Positions 9,973 to 19,369 of a stretch of DNA of 32,000 nucleotides are shown one piece after another. Under the pieces are notes generated by a model that had not been told where the DNA came from, ran no database searches, and was given only the letters and a program-made list of their open reading frames with translations. Position 1 is the stretch's first letter, and every line of letters begins with the position of its first letter. The position numbers and the translations under genes are program-made. Source of the DNA: Desulfobulbus propionicus DSM 2032 (lineage in GTDB: Bacteria; Desulfobacterota; Desulfobulbia; Desulfobulbales; Desulfobulbaceae); assembly GCF_000186885.1 (NCBI RefSeq), contig NC_014972.1, positions 1,680,001 to 1,712,000 on the forward strand, in the 5' to 3' direction.

Positions 9973-10449
9973 TCAGCGCTGATAGGTGCCCATCAACTCA
10001 GCTTCTGCCAGCACATGTCCTTGCATGGCCCGTTCCACCTCGCTTCTCGTGGGGTTGCCCAGGTTGGGCAGGACCGCGTCCAGGGCGTAGAGCCTGAAGA
10101 AATACCGATGGCGGCCGATGGGCGGGCAGGGGCCGCCGTAGCCGGTACGGCGCCAGTCATTGACGCCCTCCCTGGTGCCAGGAGGAAGATCGGCCCGGGA
10201 TACGGCCTCCGGCAGGCCCGTGCAGTCGGCGGGCAGGTTGTACAGCACCCAATGGACCCAGGTGGTTTTCGGCGCCAGCGGATCGGGTGCGTCCGGATCA
10301 ACGACCAGCAGCGCCAGGCTTCGGGTTGCCGGCGGCATCCCTGTCCAGCTCAGCGGCGGCGACAGATCGTGGCCGTCACAGGTATATAAGGAGGGAATTC
10401 TGCCCTGATGGCCAAAGGCGGTGGAGGAAAGTTTCAAGCTCATGCACAT
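9973..10449 (-). CDS. YbhB/YbcL family (PEBP / Raf kinase inhibitor-like) protein
   Basis: 158 aa; 'YTCDGHDLSPPLSWTGMPPATRSLALLVVDPDAPDP...WVHWVLYNLP...GYGGPCPPIGRHRYFFRLYALD'. Confidence 0.93.
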   Translation of the reverse strand: MCMSLKLSSTAFGHQGRIPSLYTCDGHDLSPPLSWTGMPPATRSLALLVVDPDAPDPLAPKTTWVHWVLYNLPADCTGLPEAVSRADLPPGTREGVNDWRRTGYGGPCPPIGRHRYFFRLYALDAVLPNLGNPTRSEVERAMQGHVLAEAELMGTYQR

Positions 10450-10521
10450 GCCCCCCGAAAGTTGTCCGCATCAGCGATTGCTGACAAAGAAGGCCGGTTC
10501 ATCCCGATATCCGGCGTCGCG

Positions 10522-11070
10522 CTAGACCACCTTGACGTTGCGTGCCTGCGGCCCCTTGTCGCCGTCTTCCTCGCGGAATTGCACCGCCGTGCCGATGGTC
10601 AAGGCATCGAAATTCGTATTGAGCACGCTGTTGCGGTGAAAATAGATGTCCCGGTCATCCGAGGTGGTGATGGTGCCGTAGTCCTCCATGGGCGAGAGAT
10701 GGGTGATCTTGCCCGATGGTATTTCCTCGTGGACCTTGACTTCGCCCTTGCGCCGCTCCGTGTATTGTTCGAGCTGGCGACCGGCGGCGGCAAAGGCGTC
10801 GCGCAAGGCGACATAGACATCCTGATGGGCCTGGTTGCGCGGGTCCGGCTCGCGGTTCACCTCCAGCTTGCCCTCTGGACAGGTGAGATCGATGCGGATT
10901 TTATAAAGGCCGCCCTTCTGCTTGTTCTGCAACGGCGCCTCCACCACCACCCGGCAACTGATGATTCCGCCGTGATACCGGCTCAACTTTTCGACACGCT
11001 TGCGGATTTCCGCTTCAACGGCTTCCGATTTCGCGGTGTTCCGAAACGTAACTTGTAAGGGTACCTGCAT
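10522..11070 (-). CDS. HPF/RaiA-family ribosome-associated protein with C-terminal cold-shock domain
   Basis: From ATG 11068-11070: 'MQVPLQVTFRNTAKSEAVEAEIRKRVEKLSRYH...' (HPF/YfiA fold) followed by 'GKITHLSPMEDYGTITTSDDRDIYFHRNSVLN...GTAVQFREEDGDKGPQARNVKVV' (cold-shock-like). Confidence 0.85.
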   Translation of the reverse strand: MQVPLQVTFRNTAKSEAVEAEIRKRVEKLSRYHGGIISCRVVVEAPLQNKQKGGLYKIRIDLTCPEGKLEVNREPDPRNQAHQDVYVALRDAFAAAGRQLEQYTERRKGEVKVHEEIPSGKITHLSPMEDYGTITTSDDRDIYFHRNSVLNTNFDALTIGTAVQFREEDGDKGPQARNVKVV

Positions 11071-11718
11071 GAGACGCCTCCTTGAGGTGGCACGATAAAC
11101 GGCCCTGGTTTTCTCTTCCCCTTGGCTGACAGCCGAAGGGAAACAGGGGAAGCATGGCGTATTCCTGGCAAACAACCTGAAAAAACTCTTTTTTTTAAAA
11201 TAGAAAAACAGCGAAGGAAATTCAAGGAAGGGAAAGTGGAGAGGGAATGGAGATACAATCTATCCATGTAAACCGTAAGTCATCAATCCACAACCAGGCG
11301 CGAGACATGCCGACCGGCGCAACCGGGTCGCCTCGGGGGCTTGGGGTATGGTGTGGGGATGCCGCGCTCATTGGGCCAGGAGCCTGAGGTCGGATTCGCC
11401 TGCGATGGAAAATACGACGGCGGCAAGGGCTTGATGGTGCCGGTTTGTCCGATCGGCCCGGAGAAGCCGCTCATCGATGGCGGCGGTGCGACCGGGCTGA
11501 ACCCCTTGTCCTGCAAGCAAAGTCAACCTGCCCTCTCTTTGGGGGCGGCTCCATTGTGGCGATTCGCGCCGCGATCACCCAGGATGGTTGGTAAAATAAT
11601 GAGTGATATTTGATGGTTGTTGCTTGCGTCCACCTGTGGTAGGAAAAGGTGTGCCGCTGGCGGCCGAGCCGAGCTCCCGACGGTCAGCAGCCATGACTAT
11701 CCGCAACGGAGGAACGGC

Positions 11719-12705
11719 ATGTCCGAACGGCTGAAGTTCGAGCGCTTTTTCTGGTTTCACGCGCAGGTCAAGCGAGCGCGCTTCCCCAATACCAGAAATC
11801 TGGTCGAGACATTCGAGGTTTCGGAACGAACCGCCCAGCGAGACATCGACTTCATGCGTGACCGATTGGATGCGCCCCTCGAATTCGATCGATCGCGAAA
11901 CGGCTACCGCTACACGGACGACGCCTACGAAATTCCTGCCTCGTGGATCGACGAGGACAGCCTGTTGTCCTTGGCCCTGGCGGCGCGGCTGGCCTCGACC
12001 ATACCCGATACCGCCGTCAAGGAGGATTTGTGCCGCTTGATCGGTCGCATGCTCCGCCTTTCCCGACACGAGGAATATGCCTGCCTCGATCGGCTGGGCG
12101 ACAAGGTTTCCGTCAAGAATATCGAGTACGCCCGGGTAGATGAACAGTTTTTTCGTCTGATTGTTCAGGCCCTGTTCGACGACCGCTCCCTGCGCATCAC
12201 CTATTGTTCCCCACACAGCGGCGCAGTCTCCGAACGGATAGTGCAGCCGCTCCACCTGATGCACTACATGGGCAGTTGGCATCTGCTGGCTTGGTGCGCC
12301 GCCAGGGAAGCCATCCGCGATTTTGCCTTGGCTCGATTGCAGGCGGTTGCATTGGCCGATACCCCCGTGCAAGTGCCCCTCGACCTACCGCCGATCAAGG
12401 AATATACCCGCCGCCACTTCGGCATCATGCAAGGCGAGACCGCCACCATCGTGACCCTGCGTTTCTCGCCCCACATCGCCCCTCGCATCCGCGAGCAGAT
12501 CTGGCACCCCGACCAGCAGACCACCCCGAAGCCCGACGGCAGCCTCCTGCTCAGCTTTCCCACCGCCGATTTCCGCGAACTGACCCGAAATATCCTCAGC
12601 TACGGCGCCGAGGTGCGGGTGGAGGAACCGGCGGAGCTACGGGAGCTGGTTCGCGGGGAAATCGAGAAAATGTTCAGAAATTTGTGCAGCCCTGACATCG
12701 AATGA
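11719..12705 (+). CDS. WYL-domain transcriptional regulator (N-terminal HTH) heading the CRISPR-Cas locus
   Basis: 328 aa from ATG 11719 with GGAGGAA-like SD; HTH 'TRNLVETFEVSERTAQRDIDFMRDRL', WYL-like 'RSLRITYCSPHSGAVSERIVQPLHLMHYMGSWHLLAWCAARE'. Confidence 0.85.
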   Translation: MSERLKFERFFWFHAQVKRARFPNTRNLVETFEVSERTAQRDIDFMRDRLDAPLEFDRSRNGYRYTDDAYEIPASWIDEDSLLSLALAARLASTIPDTAVKEDLCRLIGRMLRLSRHEEYACLDRLGDKVSVKNIEYARVDEQFFRLIVQALFDDRSLRITYCSPHSGAVSERIVQPLHLMHYMGSWHLLAWCAAREAIRDFALARLQAVALADTPVQVPLDLPPIKEYTRRHFGIMQGETATIVTLRFSPHIAPRIREQIWHPDQQTTPKPDGSLLLSFPTADFRELTRNILSYGAEVRVEEPAELRELVRGEIEKMFRNLCSPDIE

Positions 12706-12769
12706 CAGGGCGGGGGTGGTAGGGTGGAGCCATGCCGGATACAAGAGAAGAGGTACAGGGAATTTTCCA

Positions 12770-14986
12770 ATGAACCATCATGACACCTTAGTTCCAGTTG
12801 CACATTCAAAGTCACCGTCGGACTGGCAAAGTCTCGAAGCCCATTTGGAAAAAGTTGCCGAGTTGGCAGAGCAACATGCAATGGCGTTTGGTGCCGCATC
12901 CTGGGGGCGGCTTGTCGGTCTTTGGCATGATCTGGGGAAATTTTCTCCCGATTTCCAGGAGTATATCCGGCAGGCCAGTGAAGCCCATTTGGAGAGCAAG
13001 CAAGGGCGGGTTAACCACTCATCAGCGGGGGCGTTACTGGCTATCGAGCGATTTGGTAAGATTGGGCGTATCTTGGCCTATTGCATTATGGGCCACCATG
13101 CGGGACTGCCGGATTGGCAGAGCGAAATTGCGCCACGAGCATCTCTTGCATGGCGGCTGGAACAGAAGGAGTTGCTTCCAACGGCAATAGAGGCTGGTAT
13201 CCCGACCGCAATCCTGAATCAAGCACTCCCCACAGAAAAAGCAAAAAACGGCACCGGGCTTTCACGTTCGCTTTGGCTGCGCATGCTTTTTTCCAGCCTT
13301 GTTGATGCCGATTTTCTCGATACCGAGGCTTTCATGGACCCTGAAAAGGCTCGGCGGCGTCAGGGGTATCCCACTCCTACCGAACTGGCGCCGTTGTTTG
13401 ATCGGTATATGACCGAGAAAACAGCAGGAGCGCCCTTCACAAAGGTCAACCGCATTCGCGCCGAGGTATTGCAGGCGTGTAGGGAGAAGGCGGCAGATTC
13501 CTCGGGGTTGTTTACCCTCACCGTGCCCACCGGTGGTGGCAAAACCCTTTCTTCTCTGGCATTTTCCCTATGCCATGCCACCTTTCATGGCAAACGGCGA
13601 ATCATCTACGTTATTCCTTATACCAGTATCATCGAGCAGACGGCGGACCAGTTCCGCGCCATCTTTGGCGAGGCGGTTCTGGAACACCACAGCAACCTGG
13701 ATGTCGCCGATGTGTCAAAGGAAGATGCGCGCAGTCGCCTGGCTTGCGAGAATTGGGATGCTCCCCTCATTGTCACTACCACGGTACAGTTCTTCGAGTC
13801 CTTGTTCGCCAGCCGCACTAGCCGATGCCGAAAGCTGCATAATATCGCGCAGAGCGTGGTGATTCTGGACGAAGCGCAACTCCTGCCGACAGATTTTCTC
13901 AAACCGGTTTTGGAAGTCATGCGAGAGCTGCAGGAGAATTACGGCGTCACCTTCGTGCTCTCCACAGCTACTCAGCCTGCCCTCGGGCCACACAAGAGCA
14001 TGGATTTCGATTTTGCTGGCCTACCCGGTTTACGAGAAATCATTCCCCCTTCATTGAACCTTTACGAGCGCTTGCAACGCACCAGGGTAAAGACTCTGGA
14101 GGGACTAACGACTTCACTCCCCTGGGATGCTCTCGCGTCACGCCTTAGTAGCCATGAATCTGTGCTCTGCATCGTCAATCGTCGTGACGATGCCCGTGTC
14201 CTGTGGGAGAAAATGCCTGTAGGCACCTTCCATCTTTCCGCTCTCATGTGCGGGGCGCATCGGTCTGAACGGATTGCTGAAATCAAGGCCAACCTGAAGG
14301 CGGAAAAGCCAACAAGAGTGGTCAGTACCCAACTTGTCGAAGCAGGTGTTGACCTCGATTTTCCAGTGGTCTACCGGGCGCTTGCCGGGCTCGACTCCGT
14401 GGCGCAAGCAGCCGGTCGTTGCAACCGGGAAGGGGCTTTGGAGCAAGGCATGGTGTACATCTTTCAACCGGAGAGCAAGATACCTGCGGGTTATCTTCGA
14501 CAAGCCGCCGAGATCGGTCGCCAACTCTTAATGGAGCAGAAGGTTGATCCTCTTGCCCCGGAGCGGTTCGAGCAGTATTTTCGGATGTTCTATTGGCTGC
14601 GCGGCTCTCTGCTCGACAAGGAAAATATTCTGGAATTGCTTGGCAATGACCCGGAACTGCGGATCAGTTTCCGCACGGCCGCCGAAAAGTTCAAGCTCAT
14701 CGATGAAGGTGTTTATGTGCCGGTCCTTGTTCAATATGGGGAAAAAGGCTGCCAACTGATTGATCTTTTGCGGCGCCAGGGGCCGGAACGTTGGATTCTT
14801 CGGCAAGCGCAACGCTATGTGGTCAATCTGCCACGATCCGTCCATGGGCAACTGTTGATCGACGGAGCCATCGAGGAAATCCATCCCGGTATCTTTGTGC
14901 AGGGGCACGGTAATTTGTACGACCGTAATCTCGGGTTTTGCGCGGATCGTTCTTTGATCTACGCACCGGATGAACTGATGATCTGA
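12770..14986 (+). CDS. cas3: CRISPR-associated nuclease/helicase Cas3 (type I-C)
   Basis: HD region 'LVGLWHDLGKFSPDFQEYI', 'FTLTVPTGGGKTLSSLAFSL' Walker A, 'SVVILDEAQLLP' motif II, 'VLSTATQPA', 'VDLDFPVVYRALAGLDSVAQAAGRCNREG'. Start at ATG 12770. Confidence 0.95.
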   Translation: MNHHDTLVPVAHSKSPSDWQSLEAHLEKVAELAEQHAMAFGAASWGRLVGLWHDLGKFSPDFQEYIRQASEAHLESKQGRVNHSSAGALLAIERFGKIGRILAYCIMGHHAGLPDWQSEIAPRASLAWRLEQKELLPTAIEAGIPTAILNQALPTEKAKNGTGLSRSLWLRMLFSSLVDADFLDTEAFMDPEKARRRQGYPTPTELAPLFDRYMTEKTAGAPFTKVNRIRAEVLQACREKAADSSGLFTLTVPTGGGKTLSSLAFSLCHATFHGKRRIIYVIPYTSIIEQTADQFRAIFGEAVLEHHSNLDVADVSKEDARSRLACENWDAPLIVTTTVQFFESLFASRTSRCRKLHNIAQSVVILDEAQLLPTDFLKPVLEVMRELQENYGVTFVLSTATQPALGPHKSMDFDFAGLPGLREIIPPSLNLYERLQRTRVKTLEGLTTSLPWDALASRLSSHESVLCIVNRRDDARVLWEKMPVGTFHLSALMCGAHRSERIAEIKANLKAEKPTRVVSTQLVEAGVDLDFPVVYRALAGLDSVAQAAGRCNREGALEQGMVYIFQPESKIPAGYLRQAAEIGRQLLMEQKVDPLAPERFEQYFRMFYWLRGSLLDKENILELLGNDPELRISFRTAAEKFKLIDEGVYVPVLVQYGEKGCQLIDLLRRQGPERWILRQAQRYVVNLPRSVHGQLLIDGAIEEIHPGIFVQGHGNLYDRNLGFCADRSLIYAPDELMI

Positions 14987-14996
14987 AGGAGGAAAC

Positions 14997-15680
14997 ATGA
15001 ACGGAAACGGAAAGCGAAGCGCTCTCTTCCGCCTCAAGGTCTGGGGGCGAAACGCCTGCTTTACCAGGCCAGAAATGAAAGTGGAACGTGTTTCGTACGA
15101 TGTGATGACGCCTTCGGCAGCTCGGGGCGTACTTGAGGCCATCCTGTGGAAACCGGCTATTCGTTGGCTGGTGGAACGCATCGACGTCCTGGCTCCGATC
15201 CGTTGGGAGTCAGTCCGGAGGAACGAGGTCGGCAGTGTCATGTCCCCGCGTTCCAACGGAATTTTTATTGAGGACCAGAGGCAACAGCGGGCCGGATTGT
15301 TCCTGCGGGATGTGGCCTACACCATCCATGCGCGTCTGGAATTAACAGCCAAGGCCGGGGCGGAAGACAACCTCACCAAGTTTCAGGAAATGTTTCTGCG
15401 TAGGGCGGAGAAGGGGCAATGCTTTCATCGGCCCTACCTCGGTTGCCGGGAATTTGCCGCTGACTTCACTTTGATCCGTCAGGAGGAACCGTTACCGGAA
15501 CCGATAGGTATATCCCGTGATCTTGGCTGGATGCTGTACGATATTCAGCATGACAACCGGGCCGACAAAAACCATGTGCATTGCTGTACCGAATCCTGCC
15601 GACCTTCTTTCTTTCGGGCGGAACTATCCAATGGGGTTTTGCTTGTGCCATCGCCTGGCGATGGGGAGGTGCGGCAATGA
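14997..15680 (+). CDS. cas5c: Type I-C CRISPR-associated protein Cas5c (Cas5d, pre-crRNA processing)
   Basis: Position plus sequence 'KVWGRNACFTRPEMKVERVSYDVMTPSAARGVLEAILWKPAIRW'; SD GGAGG upstream. Confidence 0.95.
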   Translation: MNGNGKRSALFRLKVWGRNACFTRPEMKVERVSYDVMTPSAARGVLEAILWKPAIRWLVERIDVLAPIRWESVRRNEVGSVMSPRSNGIFIEDQRQQRAGLFLRDVAYTIHARLELTAKAGAEDNLTKFQEMFLRRAEKGQCFHRPYLGCREFAADFTLIRQEEPLPEPIGISRDLGWMLYDIQHDNRADKNHVHCCTESCRPSFFRAELSNGVLLVPSPGDGEVRQ

Positions 15681-17419
15681 TTTTACAGGCTTTGGCAAGT
15701 TATTATCGCCGTCTATCCGAAGAAGCCGGCGCGGAAGTGGCTCCCGAGGGATTTGAAAAAAAGGAAATACCCTTTGTCATTGTGTTGGATCGCTCCGGGC
15801 ATTTTATCGGTTTAGATGATACGCGCGAGGGAGAAGGGAAGAAAAAGTTGGCACGGGTGTTTACCGTCCCGAAAGGTATCAAGAAAACCAGTGGAATCGC
15901 CGCAAATGTTTTATGGGATACACCAGCCTATATCGTCGGTCGGCCCAAACCGGATCCCAAGAAAGAAACAGTCAAACTTTTAGAACGAGCACAAGAACAA
16001 TTTCAATGTTTCCAAGATACTATTCGGGCGACTTTTTCGGATAACGAGCAGGACGAAGCAATTGCAGCCGTGTTGAATTTCCTCGGGAAAAGAGATTTTG
16101 AGCAGCTTTTTTCCCATACCGCGTGGAAAGAAATTGAGGAAAAGGGGATGAATATATCCTTTCGACTCGACACGGACACCTGTCTGATTTGCCAGCGCCC
16201 TGGTATTGTTGCGCAACTCATAGGTAACACGCAAAGAGTGGAAGGGGGCGATACCCATCGGGTGTGCCTTGTTTCCGGCGAACCGGATGAGCCGACCCGC
16301 CTGCACACGGCTATCAAGGGGGTATGGGGCGCACAAACGTCGGGAGCCAATATTGTTTCTTTCAACCTCGATGCGTTTCGTTCTTATGGAAAAGAACAAG
16401 GATTGAATGCGCCGGTGGGAGGAAGGGCTGAATTTGCATATACTACGGCACTAAATTCCATGTTGGTCAAAGGCTCGAAGCAGCGAATGCAAGTTGGTGA
16501 TGCTTCTACCGTCTTTTGGGCCGAGAAGAAAAACGATCTGGAAGATGTTTTTGCCGACATCTTTGGCGAACCATCGAAAGAAAATCCCGAGCAAGCCACC
16601 AAGGCTATTCGCATTCTCTACGAAGCCCCGAAGGCCGGGGCGCCACCGTTGACTGAAGATTACACGCCATTCTTCGTTTTGGGGCTTGCCCCCAACGCCG
16701 CCCGCATCGCTGTGCGTTTTTGGCATGCGGGCACGGTGGGTGAGACTGCCCGCCATATCTTGCAACATTTTGAAGATTGCAAAATGGTGCATGGCCCCAA
16801 ACAGCCTGGGTTTCTATCCCTTTTCCGCTTACTCGTCTCCACAGCCCTGCAAGGAAAGTCGGAAAATATCCCACCCAATCTTGCTGGCGAGTTCATGAAG
16901 GCAATTCTCGCCGGCACCCCTTACCCAAAAACCCTCTTGGCGGCGGTTCTCCGCCGTTGCCGGGCAGAACGTGAAATAACCTATCCCCGCGCCGCGCTTT
17001 TAAAAGCGGTTCTGGCTCGGGCAGCTCGATTTTATCGTCAATCAGAACAGGAGGTAGGTATGGCCTTGGATACAGGCAACAGCAATATCGGCTATCGGCT
17101 CGGGCGACTGTTCGCCACGCTGGAAAAGATTCAAGAAGAGGCAAGCCCCGGCATCAATGCAACCATCCGCGACCGTTTTTATGGTGCAGCTTCCAGCACT
17201 CCGGTGGCCGCTTTTCCGCATCTGATGAAATTGAAAAATCATCATCTTGCCAAGTTGGATAACCGGGGCCGTGCCGTGAATCTGGAAAAGGTGATCGGCG
17301 AGATCATGGATGGCATTGTCGATTTCCCGACGCATCTCTCTCTTCAGGATCAAGGCCGCTTCGCGGTGGGCTACTACCATCAACGCCAAGCCTTTTTCAT
17401 CAAAAACGAAACCAATTGA
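15677..17419 (+). CDS. cas8c: Type I-C CRISPR-associated protein Cas8c (Csd1)
   Basis: ATG 15677 overlaps the cas5c stop (ATGA); 580 aa; 'MILQALASYYRRLSEEAG...', C-terminal 'YRLGRLFATLEKIQEEASPGINATIRDRFYGAASSTPV' typical of Csd1. Confidence 0.95.
   Translation: MILQALASYYRRLSEEAGAEVAPEGFEKKEIPFVIVLDRSGHFIGLDDTREGEGKKKLARVFTVPKGIKKTSGIAANVLWDTPAYIVGRPKPDPKKETVKLLERAQEQFQCFQDTIRATFSDNEQDEAIAAVLNFLGKRDFEQLFSHTAWKEIEEKGMNISFRLDTDTCLICQRPGIVAQLIGNTQRVEGGDTHRVCLVSGEPDEPTRLHTAIKGVWGAQTSGANIVSFNLDAFRSYGKEQGLNAPVGGRAEFAYTTALNSMLVKGSKQRMQVGDASTVFWAEKKNDLEDVFADIFGEPSKENPEQATKAIRILYEAPKAGAPPLTEDYTPFFVLGLAPNAARIAVRFWHAGTVGETARHILQHFEDCKMVHGPKQPGFLSLFRLLVSTALQGKSENIPPNLAGEFMKAILAGTPYPKTLLAAVLRRCRAEREITYPRAALLKAVLARAARFYRQSEQEVGMALDTGNSNIGYRLGRLFATLEKIQEEASPGINATIRDRFYGAASSTPVAAFPHLMKLKNHHLAKLDNRGRAVNLEKVIGEIMDGIVDFPTHLSLQDQGRFAVGYYHQRQAFFIKNETN
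17060..17419 (+). CDS. cas11c: Internal in-frame translation product Cas11c (small subunit) within cas8c
   Basis: AGGAGGT at 17049-17055 followed by in-frame ATG 17060 ((17060-15677)/3 = 461 codons), giving a 119-aa C-terminal product MALDTGNSNIGYRLGRLF... Confidence 0.75.
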   Translation: MALDTGNSNIGYRLGRLFATLEKIQEEASPGINATIRDRFYGAASSTPVAAFPHLMKLKNHHLAKLDNRGRAVNLEKVIGEIMDGIVDFPTHLSLQDQGRFAVGYYHQRQAFFIKNETN

Positions 17420-17441
17420 TATTTCCTAGGAGGAGCAACTT

Positions 17442-18302
17442 ATGAGAAATCCAATCCAGAACCGGTATGACTTTGTGCTTTTGTTTGATGTAAAAGACGG
17501 TAACCCCAACGGTGATCCGGACGCTGGCAACCTGCCTCGTATCGACCCGGAAACAGGGCATGGTCTTGTCACCGATGTCTGCCTCAAACGGAAGGTGCGC
17601 AATTATGTGCAATTGGAGAAAGGCGGGGCAGTGGCCTTTGATATATTTGTGAAGGAGAGGGCCATTCTCAATAACCTTATTGATGAAGCCCATGAACAGG
17701 ACATTGTGAAAAGCAAAGAGAAAGGAGATAAAACGGAGGCTGCTCGCCAATTCATGTGCGGTAAATATTACGATGTGCGTACATTCGGCGCTGTGATGTC
17801 CACTGGGAAGAATGCTGGCCAAGTCCGTGGTCCGGTACAATTTACTTTTGCCCGGAGTGTTGATCAGATTGTGCCATTGGAGCACAGCATTACCCGTATG
17901 GCGGTGGCCACCGAGGCCGAAGCTGAAAAGCAGCAGGGCGACAACCGAACCATGGGGCGAAAATTTACCGTCCCATACGCACTTTATTGCTGCCATGGCT
18001 TTATTTCAGCCCCTTTGGCCGCTCAAACCGGATTTAGCGAAGACGATCTCAACCTGTTCTGGCAGGCCGTCATCAACATGTTCGAGCACGACCGTTCCGC
18101 AGCCCGTGGATTGATGAGCAGCCGCAAGCTCTTTGTGTTCAAACATGAGAATAAGATGGGGAATGCCCCGGCGCACAAATTGTTTGACTTGATCGACATC
18201 CAGCGGGCGGAAGGCTCGACCGGTCCGGCCCGTTCGTTCAAGGATTATGTGGTGAAGGTTGGCGCAGCACCTGATGGTGTGACGTTACTGGAAAAACTGT
18301 AA
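17442..18302 (+). CDS. cas7c: Type I-C CRISPR-associated protein Cas7c (Csd2)
   Basis: 286 aa '[54 protein letters not shown]'; strong SD AGGAGG. Confidence 0.96.
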   Translation: MRNPIQNRYDFVLLFDVKDGNPNGDPDAGNLPRIDPETGHGLVTDVCLKRKVRNYVQLEKGGAVAFDIFVKERAILNNLIDEAHEQDIVKSKEKGDKTEAARQFMCGKYYDVRTFGAVMSTGKNAGQVRGPVQFTFARSVDQIVPLEHSITRMAVATEAEAEKQQGDNRTMGRKFTVPYALYCCHGFISAPLAAQTGFSEDDLNLFWQAVINMFEHDRSAARGLMSSRKLFVFKHENKMGNAPAHKLFDLIDIQRAEGSTGPARSFKDYVVKVGAAPDGVTLLEKL

Positions 18303-18346
18303 TCCATAACTGTGATATTGAAGCTGTAATGGAGGTGTCCTTTCCT

Positions 18347-19369
18347 ATGCAACAGCTTGATTCCGCACCCTCCGCCATCATCCTCTATCAGACCGCAGAC
18401 GGACAAACCTCTTTGGATGTCCGGCTTCAGGAGGAAACCGTCTGGCTCTCGTTGACCCAAATAGCCGAGCTGTTCGACCGTGACAAGTCGGTAATATCCA
18501 GACATCTCAGGAACATCTTTCGGGAAGGAGAGTTGGTCAGAGCGGCAGTTGTTGCAAAAAATGCAACAACTGCCGCGGACGGCAAAACGTACCAGGTGGA
18601 ATTTTTCAACCTGGATGCGATCATCTCTGTCGGCTACCGAGTCAACTCCAAACGCGGCACCCAGTTTCGCATCTGGGCCTCGTCCGTGCTCAAGGAGTAT
18701 CTGGTCAAGGGGTATGCCCTCAACCGGCGACGGTTGGCAGAGCAGGGCGTGGCCGAGTTGCGAGGCGTGCTCGATCTGTTGGCGGCAGCCCTGGAACGCA
18801 ATCAACTCACCGACGAAACCGGATTGGCGGTGGTGGAGCTGGTGCGGCGCTATGGGATGAGCTGGCAATTGCTCCTGCAATACGACGAAGACCGGTTGGC
18901 CCTGCCGGCCGGGCTCAATCGGCGGGAGTCGGTGGGCTTTGATCTGGCCATGGTGCGCCGGGGCATTGCCTGTTTACGGGAAGAACTGGCGATCAGAGGC
19001 GAGGCCACCGATTTGTTCGGTCGGGAGCGCGGCGAAAGCTTGGCCGGTATTCTCGGCGCCATCCATCAGACCTTCGGCGGCCAGGACCTCTACCCGAGCA
19101 TCGAGGAAAAGGCCGCCCATCTCCTCTATTTCGTGATCAAGGATCACCCCTTCAGCGACGGCAACAAGCGCATCGGCTCCTTTCTTTTTCTCCTCTATCT
19201 GCAGGAAAGCGGGCTGATCGAGACAGTCCGCTTCGACAACAAGGCCGTGGTAGCCCTGGCCCTGCTAGTGGCCGCCTCCGACCCGGTCCAGAAGGAGGTG
19301 CTCATCCGGTTGATCGTTAATTTGCTCGGCGAATCAATCCCATCCGACGGAGGAGGGCAGCATGGCTGA
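18347..19369 (+). CDS. RhuM-family protein with C-terminal Fic/DOC domain, embedded between cas7c and cas4
   Basis: SD GGAGGTG 18331-18337, ATG 18347. N-terminal RhuM pattern 'TVWLSLTQIAELFDRDKSVISRHLRNIFREGEL...YQVEFFNLDAIISVGYRVNSKRGTQFRIWASSVLKEYLVKGYALNRRRL'; C-terminal Fic motif 'HPFSDGNKRIGSFLF'. Confidence 0.88.
   Translation: MQQLDSAPSAIILYQTADGQTSLDVRLQEETVWLSLTQIAELFDRDKSVISRHLRNIFREGELVRAAVVAKNATTAADGKTYQVEFFNLDAIISVGYRVNSKRGTQFRIWASSVLKEYLVKGYALNRRRLAEQGVAELRGVLDLLAAALERNQLTDETGLAVVELVRRYGMSWQLLLQYDEDRLALPAGLNRRESVGFDLAMVRRGIACLREELAIRGEATDLFGRERGESLAGILGAIHQTFGGQDLYPSIEEKAAHLLYFVIKDHPFSDGNKRIGSFLFLLYLQESGLIETVRFDNKAVVALALLVAASDPVQKEVLIRLIVNLLGESIPSDGGGQHG

Noticed and set aside
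11341-11613. Short ORFs between the HPF-like gene and the WYL regulator
   Set aside because: No domain, low-complexity composition; treated as intergenic.
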